In this document: in pieces, positions 37,433 to 46,680 of the stretch
Layout: each line of letters opens with the position of its first letter
How positions within the stretch are numbered: position 1 is the stretch's first letter
From: Candidatus Moraniibacteriota bacterium
GTDB lineage: Bacteria; Patescibacteriota; Minisyncoccia; Moranbacterales; UBA2206
Assembly (NCBI GenBank): GCA_026396175.1
Contig: JAPLXG010000008.1
Coordinates: 659 to 64,658 of the forward strand
Direction of reading: 5' to 3'
DNA: 64,000 bases
The notes under the pieces: generated by a model
Database searches by the model: none
Told to the model about the DNA's origin: nothing
Seen by the model: the letters and a program-made list of their open reading frames with translations, nothing else
Translations under genes and position numbers: made by a program

Positions 37433-37560
37433 ATTCAACCTCCCTTGATTATAACGCTATAGAAGTATAAAGGGCATATTTCCCTTGTTTTTTAAGTAAC
37501 ATTCTAATTCAGCTTTGATAGAATACTATAGCTGATATGTGGCATAAGTCAATAGCGAAA

Positions 37561-37597
37561 AATAAAAAAAAGAAAGCGTACCGTGCAGGATACGCTT
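37561..37597 (-). terminator. Rho-independent terminator of the putative ncRNA
   Basis: AAGCGTATCC-TGCAC-GGTACGCTT then TCTTTTTTTT on the minus strand. Confidence 0.8.
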
Positions 37598-37900
37598 AAT
37601 TGCCAAAAAATGCCTAGCCAGACCCTTCAAGCAGGGAATTCGACCTGTATATCTCTTGGGGACATGGATGATACATGCCTTAGTCCGATAACCATTGGGC
37701 GAGCTTACTGCACAAAGCTCAACAACAAGGAGAAAATTGCTTTAGTCCGTTGACGGCCGCTACTCAGTCTTTCGACCTTTCGCCTTTGCTAGGAGAGAAG
37801 AAATCGCTTGCTTGCACTACATTCCTAGCCATGTCCTATTTGGATAGATATTAAATAGCGACACAGCTCCCCATAAAATAGGGCTTCATCTTTTGGCAAT
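37598..37900 (-). ncRNA. Putative structured ncRNA of unassigned class, ~300 nt
   Basis: Own promoter and terminator; 14-bp 5'/3' closing stem; nested helices; GAAA tetraloop over a bulged-G motif; no ORF of 60 aa or more. Confidence 0.7.
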
Positions 37901-37905
37901 AGGTA

Positions 37906-37934
37906 ACACTAGCAAAAAGAACTGGTGGTGTCAA
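37906..37934 (-). promoter_or_regulatory. Sigma70 promoter of the putative ncRNA
   Basis: TTGACA-17 nt-TAGTGT with extended TG; predicted start coincides with the closing stem. Confidence 0.75.
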
Positions 37935-37963
37935 TTTTTTTTACAGTTAACAGAAATAAAAAT

Positions 37964-39973
37964 CTAAAACATCAGAATAAGTTGATTTAACTTAGCGTTG
38001 ATTTTTTTCCAAAAATAATTGGAGGATTTTGGGGTGGGGGTGTTTTTGGAAATAAATTTTGTCGTTGAAATTCCCAAGACTTGCCCATTGTTTTTTATGA
38101 GGAATTTTTCAGGATTGATATTCGATTTAGCAAAAAGCAAAACTATTTGATTTTTTTGTTTGGTGTACCAAGCCGGATTTTCACTAAACTTTCCCAAGTC
38201 GGACAAATCAAAATCAGCCTTCTCTAATCCTTCTGTGTCACTCTGCTTTTCTTCTGTGCCGTTCTGCGAATTAATCTCTGTAGCATTCTGTGAATTATTT
38301 TCTGTGTCGTTCTGTTTTTCTTCTGCGCCTTTCTGTGATAAAATCCATTGCCAAGCACCACCTTCTTTTTGATATAACTCATCTTCTGAAATAGAATTTT
38401 CGTGATCATATTTGAGTTTATCCGCCACTTTGCCATTTGGATAGCGCAGTTCAATTTTGGCTTGCTTATTTTCCAGTGCGAAAGCGCAAAAGTCACGCGT
38501 CAGCTTTTTGGTCTCATTGGCTTTCAGAATAAAGTTTTTGGTAATTGGATGATTGTAGAGATTTTTCCACCCGGTGGCGACGCTCCAGCCTTTGAGATTA
38601 ATTTTTTTCTTAGTGCCATTAAAAAGTTCCAGCCATTCATTTTTCGAGTCGATGCCTTTGGGATTTGGCGAAAGTGAAACGATTTGCACTTTTGTTTTAC
38701 CGAACTTTTCCACTACAACCGAAAAGCTGAGTAAATTATCTTCGCCGTCCCCGGTGATTTTGAGGCTGGCGGCATAGGCGCCGGATTTTTCATATTTATG
38801 CCGAGTCTTTTTGAGATAACTTTTGTGGTCATCGCCGAAATTCCAAGTGAAATGCTGGGCACCGTCATCCGCTTTCACTTCAAAATTGGCATATACCCCG
38901 GCATAAATTGTTTTGTCTTTTTTGATTTGTCCTGACAGCAGTTCATCGAATTGGTTTTCGGCGCCTTTAGTATCTTTGCTTGTCCATTGCCACGCCGAAC
39001 CGTTCCAAGCGTAAGCGTAATCATATTTGGGTTTTTCATAGCGCACTGAATCGATCGGATTTTCTTTTGTGCTATCCTTGGCAACAAAAAAAGCCGTGTC
39101 CGGCGAAGTATTATTCAGCTCAAAATTTCCTTCCAAAACAAAAAGTTTTTTAGATTCTACTTTTTCATTCGGGAAAAGAACTTTATGATTTTTTTCGTCC
39201 TCGATCCACATTCCGGAAAGATCAATTTTTTCATCAGAGAGATTCTTTATCTCTACGAATTCTTTTCCATCATTTTTGGTTTTTGGCGCAGGAAAAATTT
39301 CGTTGATTTTTAGTTTGCCGGCGTAATCTTTTGCTACTGGCGGGGGAGGTGGCGGTGGAGTGATATAATGGCTATTTCGCGGAGAAGGATTACTTTGCAG
39401 GACAAAATCTAGATTATTATTTTCAGGATGATTGTTTGTTTTTCTTTCTATCGATTGATCGGTTTTTAGTCCACCAGATTGATTAATTTCAAAACCCTTT
39501 GTTCCGGCGGATAAAATAGGTGGATTTTTGAGAAGAGGCGGTTTTTCGCCCCAACTTAATTTATCGATAATATTACCGTCCTTATCAGTGAGAATAACTC
39601 CGCCAATACCAGTCAAAGAAGCACTGCTATAGGCGGCGTCAAAAAAAACTTCAACTGCGCCTGTGCCAAAAAGAAAATAATCCTTGGGACCAATAATTTC
39701 TTTTATCCAAGAAATCTGCTTTGAAGTTGCCCTTCCCGATGAATCGACAAGCTTTAGTTTTATTTCTTTACTTTTCAGATTTATCGGAGAATCACTGGGA
39801 TTATATAGCTCGATAAATTCATTACTGGAGCTGGTAATGCCGACTGCCACTTCGGAAATCAAAAGATGGTTATCTTCCGCTAAACAATTTTTTCCAAAAC
39901 AAAAAATCGCCACCGCCAAAAAAGGTAAAAATATAAACAAACTTATTTTTGTTTTTATATTTTCATTTTTCAC
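37964..39973 (-). CDS. Secreted lamin-tail-domain and PKD domain protein
   Basis: LLISEV...EFIELYNP, KINEIFPAP...EFVEIKN, PNPKG.D..NEWLELFN; FTWNFGDD. Confidence 0.85.
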   Translation of the reverse strand: MKNENIKTKISLFIFLPFLAVAIFCFGKNCLAEDNHLLISEVAVGITSSSNEFIELYNPSDSPINLKSKEIKLKLVDSSGRATSKQISWIKEIIGPKDYFLFGTGAVEVFFDAAYSSASLTGIGGVILTDKDGNIIDKLSWGEKPPLLKNPPILSAGTKGFEINQSGGLKTDQSIERKTNNHPENNNLDFVLQSNPSPRNSHYITPPPPPPPVAKDYAGKLKINEIFPAPKTKNDGKEFVEIKNLSDEKIDLSGMWIEDEKNHKVLFPNEKVESKKLFVLEGNFELNNTSPDTAFFVAKDSTKENPIDSVRYEKPKYDYAYAWNGSAWQWTSKDTKGAENQFDELLSGQIKKDKTIYAGVYANFEVKADDGAQHFTWNFGDDHKSYLKKTRHKYEKSGAYAASLKITGDGEDNLLSFSVVVEKFGKTKVQIVSLSPNPKGIDSKNEWLELFNGTKKKINLKGWSVATGWKNLYNHPITKNFILKANETKKLTRDFCAFALENKQAKIELRYPNGKVADKLKYDHENSISEDELYQKEGGAWQWILSQKGAEEKQNDTENNSQNATEINSQNGTEEKQSDTEGLEKADFDLSDLGKFSENPAWYTKQKNQIVLLFAKSNINPEKFLIKNNGQVLGISTTKFISKNTPTPKSSNYFWKKINAKLNQLILMF

Positions 39974-40002
39974 CCTTCATTTTATACCTAAAAAGTTGAT
40001 AG

Positions 40003-40590
40003 CTAGGTTAGTTCCTCGTGGATTTCTTTACGGATTACTGCGCCAAGATTATCCGCCTCTTTCTTCTCGTAAGTTTTTTGCAAGTTCATAATCAAATCTT
40101 TGATTCCGTAGGGATTGGGAACATGTTTGAAAATAAAGCGCTCCGTTTCGCCGGCTGTTTGGACATAGAGATCGCCGTAGTTGAGAAAAGTTGGGATAAT
40201 GCCCAAAACTTCCACAGTGATATCTTGCACGCGTTCCAATTCCAATTCACTGACATCGCGGGAAAAAAGACCGTTTTGTTCAATATTGACAATCCGTTCA
40301 TTAGTGACAATCCAAACATCAAAATAGTAATCGATCCAAATGATGAAAAAAAACAGCCAGATAAAAATGAAAAAAATGTTTTCCCCAAAAAGAAAGAGGC
40401 TTGTGCTGATGTTGCCATTGAAAGCAGAAAGAAGAGGAGAGGCAAAAACTAAACTGCCGAAAAGCAAAAGGAGCATTGCAAGAATGATCAAAAACTGGCT
40501 CAAGATATCAAACCAGTGCCGGTGCACGACCATCAAAATTTCTTCACCATCTTTTTGTCCTTTGAAATGAAATTGATTGAAATTTTGCAT
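40003..40590 (-). CDS. Membrane protein with bacterial PH domain
   Basis: RHW, two TM segments, WIVTNERIV.IEQ.GLF.R, NYGDLYVQTAG. Confidence 0.88.
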   Translation of the reverse strand: MQNFNQFHFKGQKDGEEILMVVHRHWFDILSQFLIILAMLLLLFGSLVFASPLLSAFNGNISTSLFLFGENIFFIFIWLFFFIIWIDYYFDVWIVTNERIVNIEQNGLFSRDVSELELERVQDITVEVLGIIPTFLNYGDLYVQTAGETERFIFKHVPNPYGIKDLIMNLQKTYEKKEADNLGAVIRKEIHEELT

Positions 40591-40594
40591 AAAG

Positions 40595-40834
40595 TTAAAA
40601 AGCCTTAAAATTATTAGGAATCAAGTTGGTGATTATCATGTTCCAGTCGACAGAAAAAAACAGAATCAGATTGGAAAGCAAAAGAATTGCGGAGACAATT
40701 GTGAAAACCAAAACCAGCAAATGGCTGAAATGAGGATTGATGGAATATTTAACCAGGTGATAGACGATGAAAAAAGAAACCAGCGCGGCGCTTAAGATAA
40801 AAATGGCATAGAGAACAAGAATGATTGCGAGCAT
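40595..40834 (-). CDS. Small two-TM membrane protein
   Basis: Hydrophobic 79-aa ORF, operonic spacing. Confidence 0.7.
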   Translation of the reverse strand: MLAIILVLYAIFILSAALVSFFIVYHLVKYSINPHFSHLLVLVFTIVSAILLLSNLILFFSVDWNMIITNLIPNNFKAF

Positions 40835-40868
40835 AATATTTTTATAATTTACGTGCTTGAATTAAGTT

Positions 40869-41009
40869 TGTCATCCTGAGCGGAGTCCTGTACTCAGGAC
40901 GCAGTCGAAGGATCTGCTAACCGTAATCCAAAGCTTTCTGTTTAATAGTTGAGCTTACGATAATGGAAAACAGATCCTTCGACTTCGCTCCGCTTCGCTC
41001 AGGATGACA
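40869..41009. repeat. TGTCATCCTGAGC...GCTCAGGATGACA inverted REP-like pair
   Basis: Arms ...GTCGAAGGATCTG / CAGATCCTTCGAC... Confidence 0.88.
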
Positions 41010-41034
41010 GAGTCTTGTGCATAAGGCACATCTT

Positions 41035-42033
41035 TTAAATTAACTTAGCAGGAAATTTGATGCCGAGGTGTTTGTATGCCGATTCTGTCGCAACGCGTCC
41101 ACGTGGGGTGCGAGTGAGAAAACCGATTTGCAAAAGATAGGGTTCATAGACATCTTCAATAGTCTTGATTTCTTCCGAAGTGGCCGCGGCAACAGTGGAA
41201 AGGCCCACCGGACCACCGCCAAATTTTTCAATAATGGTGCGCAAAATATGTTTGTCGGCTGGCTCAAGTCCGAGCTCATCGACATCAATCATTTCCAGTG
41301 CTTCCCTGGCTCGCACACTATCAATTGTTGGATAATTTTTGATCTGCGAAAAATCACGCACGCGTTTCAAAAGGCGATTAGCCACGCGCGGAGTGCAACG
41401 GGCGCATTTGGCAATTTCAGCGAGTCCGTCGTCTTCCATTGGCACAGCCAAAATCTTTCCTGAACGCCGGAGAATTCTTTCAATCTCACTAGTTTCATAG
41501 AATTCCAAGCGGTGAATGGCTCCAAAACGATTGCGCAGGGGATTGGAAAGTGAGCCGAGTTTAGTTGTGGCGCCGATTAAAGTAAATTTTGGTAAATCGA
41601 GTTGAATTGTGCGAGCAGATGGTCCTTTGCCAATTACAATATCCAATTTGAAATCTTCCATCGCCGGATAGAGCACTTCTTCAATCGATTTATTCAAACG
41701 ATGAATCTCGTCGATAAAAAGAATATCGCCGTCTTGCAGGTTAGTGAGAATGGAACCAAAATCACCCACGCGCTCAATCGCCGGGCCGGAAGTAGTTTTG
41801 ATACTCACGCCCAGTTCTTTGGCGATAATATTGGCCAGCGTCGTTTTCCCCAATCCCGCCGGTCCATAGAGCAAAACATGCTCAATTTGCTCCTTGCGCT
41901 TTTTGGCGGCCTGGATCAAAATATCCAGATTTTTCTTGACTTTTTCCTGCCCGACATACTCAGAAAAGCTTTGGGGACGGAGGGTGTTGTCGAGGTTGAT
42001 ATCTTCAATTTGCTCAGAGCTGGTAGTAATCAT
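41035..42033 (-). CDS. ruvB: Holliday junction helicase RuvB
   Basis: [46 protein letters not shown]. Confidence 0.98.
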   Translation of the reverse strand: MITTSSEQIEDINLDNTLRPQSFSEYVGQEKVKKNLDILIQAAKKRKEQIEHVLLYGPAGLGKTTLANIIAKELGVSIKTTSGPAIERVGDFGSILTNLQDGDILFIDEIHRLNKSIEEVLYPAMEDFKLDIVIGKGPSARTIQLDLPKFTLIGATTKLGSLSNPLRNRFGAIHRLEFYETSEIERILRRSGKILAVPMEDDGLAEIAKCARCTPRVANRLLKRVRDFSQIKNYPTIDSVRAREALEMIDVDELGLEPADKHILRTIIEKFGGGPVGLSTVAAATSEEIKTIEDVYEPYLLQIGFLTRTPRGRVATESAYKHLGIKFPAKLI

Positions 42034-42064
42034 TTGTTTAAAAAGGCTTTAATATAGGCGTAAT

Positions 42065-42253
42065 AACCAAGAAACTATTAACAAGATACAAGAAACAAGT
42101 GACAAGATGTGGGACAAGAAACAAGATGCAAGAAACAAAAACCAAACAAAATTCAAATTACAAATATCAAAATTCAAACTTTTGGATTATTTGAGATTTG
42201 TAGCCTTGGGTTTTGGAATTTGTTTGTATCTTGTTCCTTGTTTCTTGTAACTT
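42065..42253. repeat. ORF-less heptamer (ACAAGAA/ACAAGAT) inverted repeat element
   Basis: ACAAGATACAAGAAACAAG... on the left, ...TTGTATCTTGTTCCTTGTTTCTTGT on the right. Confidence 0.8.
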
Positions 42254-42272
42254 GGTTGAATTATACACCCAT

Positions 42273-42301
42273 TTGACAAAAATCCCAAGATATGCTAGAT
42301 T
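42273..42301 (+). promoter_or_regulatory. Sigma70 promoter
   Basis: TTGACA-17-TAGATT with extended TG. Confidence 0.65.
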
Positions 42302-42596
42302 AGGAAGTCAATGTTTTGCATTTTTTGTGTATTGGCATTGGCAAGCAGTAAATTGCAGGCAATTGGTGGCTTCTATCTTTTGTCATCAATATGGGGAACT
42401 TTTTTCAAGATATGGGTAAAATGGTTAGTTTGCTCCTTGAGCATACTGGCTGCGTTATTCCTCGATTTTGTTTCTTTTCTTGGGCTCCTAGTTCGAGATT
42501 TTTGCCTGCAGATTATTGACCGTGATTTTTGGGATTTAAGGATTGGCATGATTTCATGCGAAATTATAATTGTTTTTTTGACAAAGGAGGTTTGTT

Positions 42597-42761
42597 ATGG
42601 CCGAGCTCGCAATAGTGGTTATGTTGATTGGGGTTATGCTTCAAGCGTGGATTTATGATACCGCGCAGACCAAGGTTATGGAAGAAAACAACAAATTACT
42701 TCGAGAAGTACTTGAAAAGCACGGAGTTTTTATTACAGACGCGGATTTAAAGGAAAAGTAA
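42597..42761 (+). CDS. Orphan 54-aa single-TM protein (absent from the ORF track)
   Basis: SD AAGGAGG; MAELAIVVMLIGVMLQAWIYDTAQ...DLKEK; terminator AGGCAG...CTGCCTTTTTTT at ~42787-42815. Confidence 0.7.
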   Translation: MAELAIVVMLIGVMLQAWIYDTAQTKVMEENNKLLREVLEKHGVFITDADLKEK

Positions 42762-42838
42762 TCCGGCAACACCGGAAAAAAGTAAGAGGCAGACCTAGAG
42801 GAACTGCCTTTTTTTAATTGTCTGAACCGCTCTCAAGT

Positions 42839-43386
42839 AAGGCTAAAGTCTAAATTTGAAATTTGAAATGAATCCTAAATGACTAAATTTTAATTTATCA
42901 TTTTTGAATTTAGCCTTGGTTTAAAATTTTAAATTTAGTCTTTAGACTTTTTCTCAAGCGTTAATATTATTTTTGAGAAAATCATAGTTAGCTCTTGGGC
43001 TTCTTTCCACAGAACTCTACACTGATCTGCATGCTCTTCATTCGCCCTGGCGATAATTTCTAGCCAATATTTAGTTTCTTTGCACTCCTTTTTGCAGATA
43101 TAAATTTTATTCTTAAAATCTTTTCTGGAGCTTGCGCCATTAGCTTCGCAGTAATTTGCACCTACACTTGTTGAAGATCGGACCAGTTGGTTTATTAGAG
43201 GAGAGTTTATCGCATCTCTTTTTAGTTTTTTCAAAAATGAAATAACATCACCACTAAATTTTATAGTCCTTGGTTCAAGGTTATAGTTTTCAGATTTTTT
43301 TGTCATTTTTAAATTTAGAAATTGATTTTAAATTTTTTGCTCCAATCTTATCCTTTGAGGACAAATTTAGCCTTTAGACTTTTTCT
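42839..43386 (-). mobile_element. Second four-helix-bundle cassette with heptamer inverted-repeat flanks
   Basis: AT-rich heptamer flanks; 24-bp direct repeat at 42931 and 43363; 28-bp insert at 43337-43364. Mobility is inferred. Confidence 0.6.
42935..43306 (-). CDS. Four helix bundle protein
   Basis: About 71% identical (87/123 by hand count) to 2283..2657. Confidence 0.9.
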   Translation of the reverse strand: MTKKSENYNLEPRTIKFSGDVISFLKKLKRDAINSPLINQLVRSSTSVGANYCEANGASSRKDFKNKIYICKKECKETKYWLEIIARANEEHADQCRVLWKEAQELTMIFSKIILTLEKKSKD

Positions 43387-46300
43387 ATATCTCTGTCACC
43401 CTCTCCACCTCTTCCAAAGTCGTCTCGCCCTCCAAAACCTTCAAAATCCCATCCTGCGCCATCGTGATCATGCCTTCATCCATGGCTTTTTGGTTTAGTT
43501 CTGATGTGACGGCATTGTGCATTACCGCTTCTTGGATTTCGCGGGAGAATAAAAAGATTTCACTAATTGTGGTGCGGCCTTTGTAGCCGAGGTGGTTACA
43601 CTTATCACAGCCGTTTGGTTTGTAAATTCCAGCTATTTTTGGAATTTCAACTTGCGCTTTTGGACTAATCGTTTTCAAAACTTTTTCCATTTTTTGTTTT
43701 TCTTCCGCTGTTGGTGCGATTTTTGTTTTGCATTCGCAAAGTGTGCGGACCAAGCGTTGGGCGATAAAGGCGTTCACTCCGGAAACGATGTCTTCCGGTT
43801 TGACGCCCATATTAAGCATTCTGGCGACTGCGCCGGAGGCGTTGTTGGTGTGAAGTGTCGAGAGTACTAAATGCCCGGTGAGCGCGGCTTGGACGGCAAT
43901 CTGGGCGGTTTCATTGTCGCGAATTTCACCGATCATCATAATGTCCGGGTTTTGACGGAGCAGTGCGCGCAGAGCTGTGGAAAAGGTATAGCCGTCTTTT
44001 TCACTGACCGGAGTTTGGAGGATGCCTTCCATCTGATATTCAATTGGATCTTCGACTGTGATGATTTTGATTTCCGGATTTTTAATGAGGTTTAAAATGG
44101 CATAGAGCGTGGTCGTTTTTCCACTGCCGGTGGGGCCGGTGTTGAGAACTACACCATTAGGTTTAGAAATTTCATGTTTAATCTTTTCCAAGTTTTGTTT
44201 TCTGATTCCTAGTTTATCCAAATTGAGTTCCACGGAGGATTTGCTGAGGAGCCGCATCACGACCGTTTCACCAAAACCACCAAGAATAATGGAAACGCGG
44301 ATGTCGACTGATTTTTCTTTCAGTTCAGTCAGTTCGTCATCAAAAGTGATACTGAAACGACTATCAATCACGCCTTGGCGCGCTTCAGTTTTCACGCCAC
44401 TGAGCATTTTAACTTGTCCGAGGAAGGTGGTATATTCCGTAAGGGGAAGAGAAGCAATTGTTTGCAAAATTCCATCAATGCGGAAACGGATTTTGACGCT
44501 TTCTTTTTCCGGTTCGATATGAATATCGCCCACTCCCAGAATTTGCGCGGCGGAAAAAATAATCTTGATGGCATCGGTAATTTTTGTTCCGGCGAGGAGC
44601 GTTTGCATTTTAGCAAAATCGTTTACGTTGTCTAATGTTTTATCATAAAATTCTTTCTTGATTGGTAATGTGCTGCCAAGAGTTTGCGCCATCAATTTTT
44701 CATAGATACCTTCCAAAAATTCTCCTTGTCCGGTCACTTTTTTCACTTCGTCAATGGACGTGACGCCGGAAACGGCTTTCAAGATTCCATCTTGAAGCAT
44801 TGTCACCATACCTTCTTCCAAAACGGCCATCGTGATTTCTGTTTCGCCAGCCAAATCAAGAATCATTTTTTCTGTTTCCGGGCTGATAGTGAGCACTTCA
44901 AAAATTCCCATCCGGCCCTTGTAGCCGGTATTGCCGCATTTTAGGCAACCTTTGGGACGATAGAGCTTGTTAATATTTTTGGGAATTTCCACTTTGGCAC
45001 GCGGGGAAATGATGGAAAGAATTTTTTTGATTGATTCAACCGTTTCTCTGGCTGGCACATATTCTTCTTTGCAATCACAAAGTTTGCGCACCAAGCGTTG
45101 TCCAATAATCGCGTTTACTGCCGGAGCGATGAAGGATGGTTTTACGCCCATTTCAATTAGACGCGGGATGGAAGCAATGGCGCTATTGGTGTGGAAAGTG
45201 GAAAGCACAAGGTGCCCCGTGAGAGCGGAATTGACAGCGATATCAGCTGTTTCATCATCACGAATTTCACCGACCAAAATGATATCTGGGTCTTGACGGA
45301 CAATGGCACGCAGTCCAGTGGCAAAAGTATATCCGCGGGCTTTTTCAATTTGCGTTTGTGAGACGCCCTTCAGCTGATATTCAATCGGATCTTCAATAGT
45401 AATGATTTTTTTGTCGGGGGTGTTTAGTTTGCTGATGATGGCATAGAGCGTGGTGGTTTTTCCACTGCCAGTTGGGCCGGTGGTGAGAATCATACCATTG
45501 GGCGCTTCAATCTGTTTTTGCACGATTTCATAGGCGAGTCCTTGCAGACCTAATTCTTCAATATTGACATTGATTGAATCGGGATCAAGAAGACGCATCA
45601 CGATTGATTCGCCGTAGTTGCCCGGAATGGAAGAGGCGCGAATGGCAATTTTTTTATTGGCCAGACTAATGTCAAAGGTGCCATCTTGTGCCATATCAGC
45701 CAGATTGAGTTTCATTCCCGACATCATTTTGATTCTGGTGGCGATTCTTTTGTGGATATTCAAGGGAAAAAAAGCTACGTCTTGCAAAACGCCATCAATG
45801 CGGTAACGCAAGCGAAAATCTTTTTCTTGCGGTTCAATGTGCACGTCCGATGCGCCGAGAGTATAGGCCCCAGCCATAATCGTGTTCATCACATCAGTGA
45901 TTGGCATCTCCTTGATTCTTTCTTTGAGCTCAAGTAAATTTTTAAGTGCTGCTTCGAAATCGGTGAGCTCTTTATCGCCAATGGTCAAATTCAGTTGATC
46001 AAGAATTTCCGTGAAAACAATTTTTTTGTATTTTTCCAAAACCCGCTCGAAATTATATTTGGAGATGATAAACATTTTTATTTTCAAACCTGTCTTCTCG
46101 GAAAAACTTTGAAGAAATTCTTTCACGCCTTCCTGCAGGGGATTGGTGGCAACAATTGTAGCCAATTTGGACTTTTTTTGGATAACAGCCACGCTAAATT
46201 TTCGGGCGTCACTTTCGTCGATCAGTTTCAAGCTATCAATTGAAACGGGTACAATGTTGGTGTCGATATAGGGCAGTTCTAATTTCGCCGCCAGCTGGGC

Positions 46301-46405
46301 AGTTTCCTCTTCTTCTGATTGCTGTTGCAGTTTGGAAACTAATTTACTGGAGATTTCCTCTTTTTCTTTTTCCGTCCCGGCAGTTTTTTTTGTGACTTGA
46401 ATCAT
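43385..46405 (-). CDS. pilB: PilB/GspE-family ATPase with two complete tandem ATPase modules
   Basis: Two copies each of GPTGSGKTTTLY, TxEDPIEY, RQxPDII..GEIRD, TGHLVLST.HTN and the Cys Zn motif. Confidence 0.92.
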   Translation of the reverse strand: MIQVTKKTAGTEKEKEEISSKLVSKLQQQSEEEETAQLAAKLELPYIDTNIVPVSIDSLKLIDESDARKFSVAVIQKKSKLATIVATNPLQEGVKEFLQSFSEKTGLKIKMFIISKYNFERVLEKYKKIVFTEILDQLNLTIGDKELTDFEAALKNLLELKERIKEMPITDVMNTIMAGAYTLGASDVHIEPQEKDFRLRYRIDGVLQDVAFFPLNIHKRIATRIKMMSGMKLNLADMAQDGTFDISLANKKIAIRASSIPGNYGESIVMRLLDPDSINVNIEELGLQGLAYEIVQKQIEAPNGMILTTGPTGSGKTTTLYAIISKLNTPDKKIITIEDPIEYQLKGVSQTQIEKARGYTFATGLRAIVRQDPDIILVGEIRDDETADIAVNSALTGHLVLSTFHTNSAIASIPRLIEMGVKPSFIAPAVNAIIGQRLVRKLCDCKEEYVPARETVESIKKILSIISPRAKVEIPKNINKLYRPKGCLKCGNTGYKGRMGIFEVLTISPETEKMILDLAGETEITMAVLEEGMVTMLQDGILKAVSGVTSIDEVKKVTGQGEFLEGIYEKLMAQTLGSTLPIKKEFYDKTLDNVNDFAKMQTLLAGTKITDAIKIIFSAAQILGVGDIHIEPEKESVKIRFRIDGILQTIASLPLTEYTTFLGQVKMLSGVKTEARQGVIDSRFSITFDDELTELKEKSVDIRVSIILGGFGETVVMRLLSKSSVELNLDKLGIRKQNLEKIKHEISKPNGVVLNTGPTGSGKTTTLYAILNLIKNPEIKIITVEDPIEYQMEGILQTPVSEKDGYTFSTALRALLRQNPDIMMIGEIRDNETAQIAVQAALTGHLVLSTLHTNNASGAVARMLNMGVKPEDIVSGVNAFIAQRLVRTLCECKTKIAPTAEEKQKMEKVLKTISPKAQVEIPKIAGIYKPNGCDKCNHLGYKGRTTISEIFLFSREIQEAVMHNAVTSELNQKAMDEGMITMAQDGILKVLEGETTLEEVERVTEI

Positions 46406-46484
46406 ATTTTTATATTTAGAGGGAATTTTTATAGCCTTATTCTAGCATAAAAAGTCAAAACAAAAAACAGCCTACCTTTGATTC

Positions 46485-46616
46485 GCAGGAACGGGTTTGA
46501 AACCCGTTTCGCATATTTTGCTAATTTATGGATTTGGGTAAAGTGTTATAAAATTGAATCAGCGAAAAGATTAAGTTGGTAAACTAAAAGGAGCGGGTTG
46601 CAAACCCGCTCCTGCG
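46485..46616. repeat. Inverted pair of GCAG-footed REP-like palindromes
   Basis: GCAGGAACGGGTTTGAAACCCGTTTC ... GGAGCGGGTTGCAAACCCGCTCCTGC. Confidence 0.75.
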
Positions 46617-46680
46617 ATGCTTATTCGTACATTCGTATTTAATTCGCCTGCCTGTCCGGTAGGCAGGTAATTCGTAGAGA

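Noticed and set aside
37598-37900. tmRNA, RNase P RNA, SRP, 6S, tRNA or c-di-GMP riboswitch identity
   Set aside because: The diagnostic motifs are absent or only partly matched by eye; a divergent member cannot be excluded without cmscan.
42311-42658. 115-aa hydrophobic ORF after the 42273 promoter
   Set aside because: No SD, T-rich composition, and it overlaps the better supported 42597 gene; could be a leaderless gene but is unsupported.
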